Below, piece by piece: positions 24,590 through 36,265 of a stretch of DNA of 64,000 nucleotides. The DNA comes from Xylographa opegraphella (lineage: Eukaryota), in contig JALDZX010000036.1 of NCBI GenBank assembly GCA_022813865.1, positions 1 through 64,000 of the forward strand, given 5' to 3'. The notes under the pieces are model-generated. The model did no database searches. It had not been told where the DNA came from and worked only from the letters and a program-made list of their open reading frames with translations. Every line of letters starts with the position of its first letter. The first letter of the stretch is position 1. Position numbers and translations under genes: made by a program.

Positions 24590-24810
24590 AAAAAAGTTCA
24601 GATGCCCGGGGGGGTATCTTATGAAACAACCTTTATTTGTAGGTGGTTTGCGTCGATTGTCGGAAGTCGGAATTCGGAGGCGGAGGAGGAGGGAGGGATT
24701 CGAACCCGGGGGGGTTTTGGGACGTTTTCGAATGTCGGGTGAATTTCGAGGGGAGGTTAACAGTTTGATCCAAACCACCCGGTGTGGCCGCCTTCTGCTA
24801 ATGCTGAGAG
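24590..24810 (-). ncRNA. Putative RNA polymerase III-transcribed non-coding RNA of unknown family
   Basis: On the minus strand, in order: TATATATAT (24835-24827), A-box-like TAGCAGAAGG (24800-24791), perfect B box GGTTCGAATCC (24706-24696), T6 terminator (24595-24590) and further T-runs. Internal 9-bp stem GGTGGTTTG/CAAACCACC. Confidence 0.6.
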
Positions 24811-25181
24811 AATAAGTCCAATTAACATATATATACCTTATTTTGTTCCATTTTTCAGAGCCAATCTGCGTTTACCTGGTCTCTCGGTCGCTGGTGCACC
24901 CATGGTGCAATCTCATTTTGGGATGCTGCATCTTGATGTTGGATACACGTCGCGACTATTGCATCGCACCTTCCGATGCCATCCTCTTAGCGTTAGATAA
25001 CAGTCAATATACGCTTGACGCGCGCTCGCTGCTTCAGAGGTCGTCTCTTTCAAAGCTTCTCGTACATTCGCCACCCACGTTGTTGTGAGACCTTCTTTAC
25101 CATCACAACCTGTCTATTTCAACATTTTCGTTCAGTCACAACCTCACCATTCTTTCACGACCCGCACCGGCCCTGATCCTC

Positions 25182-26353
25182 TCACAGATATCTTTCAAGC
25201 ACTTTCGCAGTATCCAAGATACTCTGATCATACAACACAAACTCCCTACCCAGCGCCTTCTTGGCCTTTGCGCTATCGAAGCTCTGACCCCCTTCGGGCC
25301 ACCCATACCCTTCCTCATAATCATTCCCCGGCTCTCCCACAGGAATCTCCTTCCGATGAGGGTAGGCCTTCCGAAGGATATCTGCGGCTGCTTGCGGTGT
25401 TCCTCGTCCGTTGGCCATGAGGTATCGCTGTCCGTTCGACTCGGCCGCATGTTCGGCGCACCACACATGTATGGCAGCCACGTCGCGGACATCGACGTAG
25501 GACGCAGAACCAATAGCTGGTGGAATGGCCGGTGACGATCCCGAGAAAACAGCCCAGGTAGGTCTGAGGGTTTCGTTTAGGAGGGAGGCAGTAGGTGGAG
25601 GTTGGACAGGGGGCCCTACCACAACACCCGGGTTGACAGCTGAGATCGAAAATGATGGCTTTGTACGCATCAGTCAGACTGTGGCCTCACTCATGCTATA
25701 GGTTTCAATTGTTGCCCACCTTATACTCGTCACGAAATACCCATATCGCTCGCTCTGCTTCCGTCTTTGAGGCTTGGTACAACAGCCCTCCAGGTGCTTC
25801 TTCTCCCAGTTCTTTGGCTTTAGCGACCGAGTAAGTATTCCAGTCCGCTTCAGTGAAATCATACGGTTTTTTGGAGGGATCAATAATGGCTGCTACCGAG
25901 CTAGTCAAGACAAAAGATTCGAGCTGTGGCCCGGCATGCTTGTAAGCGGAGAGCAATATTCCGGCAGCACCAGCGACTGCTACAGGGACAAACTCATCCC
26001 AGGTTTTCAGAGAGAAGTCTATAGGAGAGGCGGTGTGTATTACTGCTGTAACACCTTGATAGAGATAGGGTCAGCTGTTGTCCTTCGAAATCAGCAAGCT
26101 TCATCTGGAGACTACCTTTCACCGTCTCATCAAAAGCACCAGCTATAGTCATATCCGGCACAGACACCATCTGGACTCGGTCGACATAATCTCTATAAGC
26201 ACCCTTGAGGAGCGCATCAGCGCTGTGGGCGAAGCGGGAGGTCCCCCGCAGCGTATAGCCTTTTTTGAGCAGATCAAGTCCGATTGTGGAAGCAATGTAG
26301 CCATTGATACCAGACACCAAAACGACCTTGTCATTGCTGGCAGGTGAAGACAT
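25182..26353 (-). CDS. NAD(P)-dependent aldehyde reductase/epimerase (GRE2/ARI1-like extended SDR)
   Basis: Rossmann motif VLVSGINGYIAS, then FVLTSSVAAI, catalytic YQASK, VNPGVVVGP and YVDVRDVA. Three exons. Confidence 0.9.
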
Positions 26354-26819
26354 TGTATCAGTGGAATGTAAAATGGACATGAAGAAAAGCTTGAGGACGA
26401 AAAACGTCGAAGCTATATATGTCATCACTTTCCCCGAAGGCATTGATCATCGTATAGACCGGAGAGAAACATTATTAATCAAAGAACGCTTAACAAGCTG
26501 ATATATCAGTCCTTGAAATAGTTTCTACATCTCTGCAGACAGTCGAGGAACGAAATCGGTCATGAATCATGTCATTTACAAACGAATCAGTCATCAGGCC
26601 TCGGGCGGAAGTGGAGAAAGCTCCCGTTCTTGAATGTACGCGTGGCGGGACGGTGAATTCTCCATTATCGTTCACGTGAGCCTGAAAATTCCCTAAAAAG
26701 GCAAAAATATTCGCCTATTTCATCTCGCATGACAACGACTTAGGGTTAAATTTGTGGGTATTAAAATGGGAGTATCACTGAGCAAACGGCTTCAGCTGGT
26801 CATAAAATAAAAGTTTCGA

Positions 26820-29333
26820 TCGAACCTTTTCAGCTCGCATTTGGATTTGCCACATATCAGTCTCTCTGTGCTTCACGGAGTATCTCCATCATTTTCAAGG
26901 CCAGCCCTTCGTCTTCCTCTTTTCTAACTTTCCCATTTGGAAATACCACCCTTCGGAGTCTATTTATCCATGGTCGTAGTGGCTGATAATAACAGGTGAA
27001 GTATTGATCTAAATGTGCCAGAAAACGCCCTCATCAACTACCATACCTGATTTCATAAGGGCCAGTTCTCCCGTGTTCATGTAGTTCCATTTCTCAAACA
27101 TGGGCACGACTCTACCGCTCTCCTTTGGGTCGTTGTAATGGATGTATATCCAGAAAAGGACCCAGAAGAACGATTCATAATCATGTATCGCCAAGTGTGT
27201 CTCACCGAACAGTACCCCGATGGCCATGAAGGCTCTGGTTCCCGTTTTGCCATGCGCTCCTGAAGATCTCTCTCGCTGCGTGTGTATCGTAAGGTCGAGG
27301 TCAATCCAAAATGCTGGCTGAGATGGATTGACCAGGTCTTCGTTCATCATTAGATTGCCGATCGATATATCGCGTTGAAGGATACCGGTCTGGTGTAAAG
27401 ATTGGTACCCTAACTTTGTTAGCCGATGAACGCGATCTGCTGAAGTATCCCTTACCTTTTATACAACCTTCCAACGCTCCAAGCATTGCGGCGCGAGAAC
27501 TTGCCCGGTAAATAGGTTTCCCGTAGTCAGACACGATGACCCTTCGGTGGACCCGATTCAAGAAGGCTGGCCTGATCGTTTTTTTGGTCGGGGAGATGGA
27601 AATTGTTCGCTTACGCGGAGGAATTGGTAAATTAATGGAACTGGATGTCCTTTTGCTGCGCTTGATGCTGCTTGCGACCTTGAAACTTCGGTCTCTTTCA
27701 GTGCTCCCAAGCTCGACTGGGGTGGTCGGCGGCAACGTTGAGCTCTCTGCTTTCTGACTCTGGCTGAGAAAGTTCACGGCTTTGGAGATATCCAAACCCC
27801 CACGGACATTGGTCTGGACGTCGTCGCCGATACCACCCACCTGAACTGTTTCATGGTGATAGTATCTGGCCATATTCTTCACTTCTTTCTCTGTTGCCTC
27901 TCGCAGTAGTTCCCCTTTTTGATCGCACTCGGGGTATTGCCACGAATCTTTGATGACAAAGAGGAGCCTTAGACTCATCGCCTTCTCGATAAGCTTTCCA
28001 GCAAGTTGTCGCTCGGCCCACGACAGAAGCCCCACGTTTCATCAAGGTGTCCAGTACGAGTCGTTCGTTTTGCCCCTCATGGGTGATCTTCGTGTACCTT
28101 ACACAATTTGATTCGACGATAGTGGGATCAAATCCGAGCTGCTCTTTATCCATCCAGAGAAATCCCAAGACTAGAGAGACAAATCGCGCGCCATCTTTAT
28201 TGATATCAAATGATGCCGAAGCAATCCCACCGACACGATCAAACTCCCACAACCTCATGGTCGCACCACAGAGAGTAAATCCTAAGACAAAGCGACGGGT
28301 GTCCTGAGCAATCAGCACCTCTCGAACATATCTCGCCAGATCGAGCCATGTTTGGGTGGCCATGTCAGAGGCCGGATTACTTTTCAGCTCTCCGGGCACA
28401 AGAACCTGCGACCACTGGTATGGGGCGTTTCGACCGGCATTGAGGTTCTCCACAAAGCCAATGTCTAGCTTCCGTTCAGCTGTCGAGCCTTTCAGGGCTT
28501 TACTAGGTTGTGTTAGCAGGCCTCTTGATGTAGCTGGTGCTGAAATAAGGCCTTCTGCGAAATTCCGGAAAAGCTGAACTTGCTCAGAGAACCACTTCAG
28601 CACATCCATTTCCTGGGCTCCCTTCGGCCAATTGCTCCAGCCTGTACCCTCTCGATATAAAGGAACGTCGCCCTCCTTGCACTTTTGGAACACAGCCCCG
28701 GCATTCTCTTCCAGACGGGAGATCTTTCCGTAAAATGCTTCGTAAAAGCCGGGTACGTCAATATATAGGGGCCCCATCTCTTCCTTTAGCAAGTCATCCA
28801 TGTTTTGTCTCTGCTCGGAGGAGTCGACAACACTGCTGGTGTTGTATGTGTAAGGGGTGTGAAGTATGTGTGCCTGCAGGCGAGGCGGTGGTGTAGACTC
28901 GGTGACAGCGACATATGTCTTCGCATATAGAATTTCATCCGGTTCTTCGTTAACAACATCTCTCAGGAGAGGGATAATACAATTGGCGTCAACTTGTTCC
29001 TGGTCAATATTGTTCCTGGTCAATATGTGCGAATAATCTGGCAAGGTCCCCGGCAAGGGACCCACGACCAGTGTTGGAAGAGAGCTGAGGGGAGGCGGAA
29101 AGAAGTAGCAGGGCTTGAACTAGGCTGCGCGAGAGGTATTTAATATCTATATTGATCAGTATCGTTGTCAAAGAAAATGGCTTTTAGCTACCTTGTGCGT
29201 TTATCTCACTAAGAATTTCAGTCGACGGGGGGAGTCCCAGCTTTTGGCATGTTGTCTTGAATTCATCACGAAAGTTATCAAGGCCGGTCCCGATAGGATT
29301 GCTTTGAATAATCTGTGTCCTGGAGAAATTCAT
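26820..29333 (-). pseudogene. Fungal-specific FunK1 (Pkinase_fungal) kinase pseudogene
   Basis: Motifs MNFSRTQIIQSNPIGTGLDNFR, VPGELKSN, RRFVLGFTLCG, GRATTCWKA, VIKDSWQY, LQRDISIGNLM, GTRAFMAIGVL and HDYESFFWVLFWI. Frameshifts at 28994-29025 (16-nt duplication), about 27960 (+1 T) and about 27010. Confidence 0.88.
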
Positions 29334-30050
29334 CACGATATATCAACTGCAGCAAAATGCAGTGAATTCAAGGTGATTCAGGATTCACAACTGTCACATT
29401 AGCACGTTCAGGCTATGCCTGTGAGGTCCTCCTTTCTAACCTTCAGTGTATATAACCTCCGGCAGGGTCGTTGTAACGGAGGACTGCGAGTACGTGGTAT
29501 GGATTTTCGAGGCAAGTTACGGAACACGAAGCTACTAGGATCGGTATAAAGCCTTACTGATAGGACCTCATGATAAACTCCAGTCATTGAAAGTGTCAGA
29601 TCAGAACCCATCGCTACAGGTTCTTGGACCCGTTATGGAGGCTCTAGACTCTGTTTGCCATTTTGAAGTAAATCTACCACACTACGTCATGGTGAGGATC
29701 GTGTGCTTCATGATTCTTTTTATCAGTTATGATTAGAGAAATCTTCGAATGCGGTAAAATTTCAAAGATCACACCACTCAGTTGACTCAATTTCTAGATT
29801 TCCACACGATGGTGCCGCAATGTGTACAAATTACGCCTCAATTCTAGTTACTTCCTTTGACCATGAATATACTCGATAAGCAGAAAACAGCGCACGATAA
29901 ACGGGTATATGTACAACAGATCAAACAAGCCCACCGAAAACCCCCCTCATAGTCACGACCGGCTTTAGTCATTAGTTATAAATATCTATTACTTTTACCG
30001 CTGAAATCTTTTGATGTGTCCTCCCGCGCTGTGATGCTCTAGACTCTCCG

Positions 30051-31252
30051 TCAAGGTCGATCAGGGTAGGAGTCCTCGAAGTCTGTCCGCCCCATGACCA
30101 GCTTCTCCAGGTTGAGACGAGTGCTCCATCGTATATTGTATGTCTGTCCTTTCTCCATGGGTGGCAAGCCTTCGTTGATGTCGCTGTTCTTTCCGGAAGC
30201 TCCAGCAGCTCTGTGTTGGTAGAAATAGCTCGGGTGCGCGTCGATGCAGACAGAATCCTGGCTATGGTCCGTACACCACCAACTCAATGCATTGTCAAAT
30301 ATCCCCCGAAGCTCCTTTACAGATAATGCATAAAGAATTTTCCGGGCACCTTGCAGGGAAACCGCGTAGCCGAATGTGCAGATGGGGCTGCCAACCATGT
30401 GGATGATGCGAGTGTGGTTCGGGTATTGGGAAAATAGCTCAGGGTTGTTGAAGTACATCTTGTCCGGTTGGGGAATGGAGACGTCATTATCGATGAGGTA
30501 GGTGCGAGGGTCGTTCTTCGGGATAATATCGTGGCAGAATCCAAGCCATAGGATATCCCAGCCATCACCGTACGGAGAGTACGTCTGCTGACTGGCAGAC
30601 TGGTTGAGAAGGAAGCGTGATCCTTTGGCGAAGTCGAGGAGCTGGGACTTGATGCGTATATCCCAATCGGCATCGTCTTCTAGGATAAGGGCTGAAGAGA
30701 GATTTTGCTCGACAACACTACATCGGTGAAGCATTAGCGAATCTGTGTAGTGGAGTTAAGACGACATGGACATAGATTTCTTACCCTCGTATTGCATTCA
30801 TGTGGGCCCTCCAGGATCCAAGCGTCGAGTTCGGCATCTTCCTTTGTTCTTGGCCAACTGGCAAGGCCTTCGAAGGTATGTTTTGCCCCATTACCCCATC
30901 CACATAGTCGAATTTGAGGTTGGTGAGAGACGCTGCCAGAGAGAGGGCATCGCGTTTGTCGCTCCGTTCAGGCATGTTAAGAACGAGAATTTTCTCGAAC
31001 TGTGGCCAGAAATTTATAATTAGCATGATAGTGGCACATCTTGGCCGTGGTCGACATCAAACAGGCTTCAATACTCACACCTAAAGTAGAATTCTGTGTT
31101 GATGCTGTGACATCTCCAGCTATGGACGGACGCCACCATTTTGCCGCTACCGATGGGTGCGAAGGTTCTCGATATGCAGTGCTGAACAGGAGGAAAACGG
31201 CAAGAACTGCCGCGAAGCCAAAGGCGAGGACTTTGGGAGGTATGAAGTTCAT
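30051..31252 (-). CDS. Glycosyltransferase family 25-like type II membrane protein
   Basis: N-terminal TM segment. Motifs QNSTLG|FEKILVLNMPERSDKRD, GSWRAHMNAI, SALILEDDADWDIRIKSQL, SPYGDGWDILWLG and NIRWSTRLNL. Two introns. Confidence 0.88.
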
Positions 31253-33954
31253 CACCGCGTGTATTGGTCCCGAACTTTCACCACTCCTCACCCGAGGAAC
31301 GTTTCCCAGAACGGTCACCGCGGAAAAGGTTCACGATGTCTCCCTGCTAGGACATATGTACACAATGGACATACGAGCCAGGGGATTATATAACATGGGC
31401 ATTATTGAGAAGGATTGTGGTGCAGATATCTTTCGCTGTAGGAGTGAGGGATACCAATACCGCCACACAGAGAGTCGCCACGGGTGATAGGGGCCTAGAC
31501 CCTGGTCTATTGCACTCCGTGGCCGACGCTACGGAGTTTGTCTCACCCGCTTCCCCAAACAGCCTAGGCTCATTCGCCGCGAGGCCGCCGACATGCTCGC
31601 CGCCATCAAGACATTTCTCGTGGGCCAGTATACCTCGTAATGCTCTCTGGTTTGGTCGTGAGATTGAACTTGCGATTCATGACTCGTCGTACGCAGCACG
31701 TAATGTCCCGGAAAGAGCCATACCTTCGCTGCCATAAACCGAATGAACCACATTCAAACTAGTGACTCATGTACCGCCAAATATTGAACCGGTGGTGCGG
31801 CCAGCACTACTACTGCACTCAGACTACATGGGCTACAATAGTTTGGAGGTGCAAGATACAGTTCTTCCAGAGCAGAAATGTGATAGTCGACACGCAACTT
31901 TTCCGACGACGACAGACCATTTTAACGATAATCTTCTGCGGAGTTCGATGTCCATTAATTCAGACTGCAATCTTACATGGAGACATTGAACTATGCCAGA
32001 ACTCACACACATAAATTTTGAATCGCCATACCGCAAGGCAGACATCGCAGCAACATTATTGTAGATTTTTGTAGATTTATTGCAGCGTAGCTGCTCTAAG
32101 GATGAGGGGGTCCAAATCGAACATCGGGCGCTAGTGGGCAGATAATCCGCTCCGATCAGTACTTCATTTCCTATTCAAGTTTAGCTCCATGGGGGGTCCT
32201 TGGCTTTCCACAACGCTGCATATTGAGCGAGAGGCCGCCTCACGCTGGATCACCTGGTTGATGGCTTTCAAGGGTAGATGAACATTTCATAACGACCAGG
32301 ATCTCCGTCTATACAGACCCTGGGCCAAAGCTAGATTCCAATCCCAACCTGACTCCAGCACAAGCCCGCTTAAAGTATCGTCGAACGTCCATAACAGTTA
32401 TCTTCCATATTCTACTGGGACCTGGGAAACACCTGCTTTTGTGGCACGACGAATTGCAGGCGATATACAACAGCAGTAGCCCTAGGCCCATCGAGATGGC
32501 CGAGCTTGTTGTTTCCATCCTGCCTTTGTCATGGGTTTGAGGCCTGATGACCAGCCTTGTATCTCTCAAAAGTCAGGTATCATCAAGGCAGTCTCCGCAA
32601 TCCAAGTCTATCGGTATACAGCATGGATCATCATAGGCATGAATCCGCACACTATCGAGTCGTAGTTTTACGCAGACAATACATGCTTAAGCCCCTAGCA
32701 TATACATGTTGAGCTTCGGGCCAAATCATCGTCCTTCAAATGTGTGTATATTCATCCATATGACCGAGAGTGTCGTGGTTCTGTAGAATACACGCGAGCG
32801 CCATACGCTATGAGAACAAGAATGGTGAGTTAGGTCAAGCGGAAGAGGACGTCTGAAGGCAGTTGATTGCCTGCCCGATAAATGTTTTCCGGGCGCAACT
32901 TACCTTATGACATACACAGTACACAGCTGGGGCCACAGTTCTCTGTTGGAAGCCAATCGCAGTTGGTGGGCGCACACCCTTCATGTACGGAGGTACGATG
33001 CCAGGATGCCATCCGATATGCTAAGGTAAGGTAGGCTTGCGTCAAATCGACTAATCTTAGGTAGGTAGACTAGTTTAGTCTAGGTACGCTCGGTACGGAA
33101 GACAGGCTGCGAAGCGCTACCGCTAGCCCTAGCACTGCGGGACGCCGGCTGAGCTCGAAGGCTTCCGGGCCAGGCGAACCCCAAACTTCTACCAAACCCA
33201 CCGTCGAGAGTCCGTCACAAGGGATTCGGACCAACTAGAAAACAACAGCAGCTGCGGCTACAGGAGAATATAACAAATCAGAGATCTAACAGTGGTATTA
33301 CCTTCCAGTATGCCAGTATGGAGTATGGAGCACAAAGTGTTGACTCTCAGCTGGCGCTATCGAAGGGCCAAAGGCCAAGGTCTATAATGTACATTATCAA
33401 GCGCCGAGGCGCTTATTCCCCTTGACTAAGAATAGCAACGAAGGACTGCACATTGCGGTGCCTAGCTTGGTGCTGCGACACTGTGCTATGCCTGTGCCAC
33501 TTCGTGCCAATGCACACTCCGCTCAGATCCTTGCTTTTCAAGCGGTACCCTCAATTCTGTGGGCAGGAATTGGCATAGGTCAGGCGAAGGGGTTAAAACA
33601 TTTGCCTTTCCAGCTGCCTGAGCCCCGAGGAAGATGAAACCTGGCGGGAGGCTTACGAGTATGGGAGCGGCGTCAACCCGTACAGTCGAGCCTAGTCTGC
33701 CGCTCATTAAGAGATTGGGATCCAATTGTAGTCGTGCTTTGCCTTCCTTTACACGCAGAAGGAGACCGTGATGCTAAGCGTTGTTCCCAACGCTGTTGAG
33801 CTGCGATCCAATATACTAGGCCACTTTCTAATGTTCTTGAGTTCCGTGTATCCAATATTGCTTGTTATTGCTGGCAGAGGTGAACTCGTCCAACGAGGCA
33901 CTCTTCCTCTGCGTTAGGCAAATCCTCCTATTGCTTCCAGATTGTGCCTTCCAG

Positions 33955-35552
33955 ATGCCTCATTTCGTGCGACCTTCTGTACCTCTCTCAAAACAGTTCG
34001 TTCTTGATGATTGCCTCCAAGTCGTTGCGCTGTCCGATGCAGTGCATGGGAAGGAGGTTGTTCCACACGAAAGATCAAGCGAATTTCAGAAACAAATCGT
34101 CTTCTCGAACGAGGAGAAGGAGCCAGCTGAGGCTTTGGATTGGCAGGGCCAGCGTTCCGCTGGGCTCTCCGCGAGGAACTCACGGCATCCTCAGCGATCG
34201 AAGAAGTCCCGATGCTTGATTACTGTACTCGTTGTGCTTTTGATTATAATCCTTGCCATTACCGCGACTGTGATAAGTGTACTTGAGGTTCGGAAACGAC
34301 AGTCGAGTCAAAATCTGAGGTTAGTAAAATGTTGCCTTCTATCGCTCGTGCTAAGAATATAAAAGCGGCTCACCCACATCGCCCTCGAACCCACAAGCAA
34401 CAGGGACATCAACTGCTGGCTCGCTCCCAACACAGACACCAACTGGAGAAGCGAATCACACTACCACCGGCAACTCCTCCAACCCTCTGCTCTCTACCTA
34501 CGGTGCTTTCAACGGTAGTGGCTTAATGTCGATGGATCCCTCCGATGGCACTGATCAGCTTCTCCTATTTTATCAGCATTTTAACGGACTCTAATGTTTT
34601 CTCAGTTGTTAGACAACGTCTGGCAGACAAGCGCTCTTTGAGGTAGTAATATCCTGGGCGTTCAGAATACCGCCAACGGTACATCCTTAGGTGGGACGTC
34701 ATATATGGTGAACAATATTCTCACGGTAAGCATTTCGTTGCCTTGACAGTTTATCGTTCATGACCATATCTTGCTAATTCTGCATAGTGGAGTGTCTTTT
34801 TTATAGACAACACATCAACGATTCAGAACGTCTATAGGAACAACCAGACCAATGTCTGGACGCTCGGGTCCATCGGGTCCCATAAGTTTAAAGCTCCCAG
34901 CCAGCCAGGAGCGGCACTTTCAGTCTACTGGAGCGCTCTCTGGGCTGGCACAGTTCCTGGACAAAGCGGGGGTCTGGTTTTGTTTGCCGGGGGTCTGGAC
35001 GGACTAGTCCACGAGTATACGTGGAGTGCCGATGGTAGCGATACTTGGAATCAAGGCTTCGTCTTTTCTTCTACAAATGGATTTGCAGGTGCTGCCTGCT
35101 GGCCAGGTGGTGGGATTACAAACCTGTACCTTCAAAATTCTGCACATTCATTGGAAGTGTGGTGGAAAGATTTCAACACGGAACAGACCAATACTTCCAC
35201 TCATCCGCTGGGGATCTGGAATCGTGGTCCAGCTGTTGCGGCTGAAGTAAGAACGAATTCGTCCATGGCGTTTTCGAACAATCTGTACTTCCAGGACAGC
35301 AGCAACAATGTTCTTGGTGTCGCGCCCAGTGGTACTGCCGAGGACCTGAGTTGGGGACCGACCTTTGAAGTGGCAGCAGGGACTGCGATGTCGGGGACTT
35401 CGATAGCTTGCCAGACCTTTTTCCCTTCGAACACTGGGCCGAGCGGGATTCATGTATACTTTCAAACTAATGGTACTGACATTGTTGAGTACATAAGAAA
35501 CCAGGAGGGCGGACAATGGGCGTTCGACTACATACCCGCAGGCGGGTATTAA
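33955..35552 (+). pseudogene. Membrane-anchored fucose-specific-lectin-like beta-propeller protein, disrupted
   Basis: A TM helix (LITVLVVLLIIILAITATVISVL) and Ser/Thr stalk precede propeller-type repeats (LFYQHFNG, VFFIDN...WTLGSIG, LYLQNS...WWKDF, LYFQDS, HVYFQTNGTDIVEY). A frameshift gives TAA at 34592-34594, and there is a TGA at 34639-34641 in the restored frame. Confidence 0.7.
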
Positions 35553-36265
35553 TACTCTGGCTGTTCGGCGCGTGAAACTCCTATACCGAGCTTGGAGGAA
35601 TCACGACCAGCTACCGATTCATAACACCCGCCAGGGAATAACTTGGTGTTTCCACAGCTTGAGTGTACTGCGATCTAGCCACCTATAACTATGTTACATA
35701 TTTCAACCCAATTCATGATGTGTTCTCACTATCGAAGCGTTATCTTAGTACGCGGCAATTCTATTCTATGCTCGCATGTATAACTGATCATCAGGACTGC
35801 TACATATACTATTGCCTACATTATCCGTATTAGCTGTATTTGGTATGCTAACATGCTTAGCTGACAGGTGGCCGATCAGGAGCAGCACTAATCACATTAG
35901 AAGATGGTTGAACTACTGTTATGGTCCTGTCAGCTGGTTCATAGTACTATGATGGGAGCACAAATCATAGGCTCATTGCACGAAGCTCAGACATTGAAGG
36001 AAAGAGCTATGGCGGTTTGGTAGTACCTTACTGTAGCTTACCTTGTCGGTACCTAAGGTACTTTGTGTAGACTCTTTGATCCCCGGCAATCAAGCCAACC
36101 ACCCCGCAATCCGCAAGCTAGGTCCTTGCTCCCGAAACGTCGGATGCTGTCCTCGCAGCTGTCAAGTCTGTCGCAGGCTATAAAAAGTCATATATTGATA
36201 GAGTCACCAGACTTGCACATGTCTGCAGCCTCCTGTTCTGACCGTAGGCTGAGTAAACGAGCAAT

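Noticed and set aside
24690..24800. tRNA gene suggested by GGTTCGAATCC
   Set aside because: No acceptor stem or anticodon arm, and the A-B spacing is about 85 nt with no tRNA intron geometry. Kept as an unknown Pol III unit instead.
33100..33240. GC-rich segment with B-box-like GGTCCGAATCC (minus strand), considered as SRP or another Pol III RNA
   Set aside because: The B box is imperfect at a conserved position, and there is no terminator or SRP helix-8 consensus.
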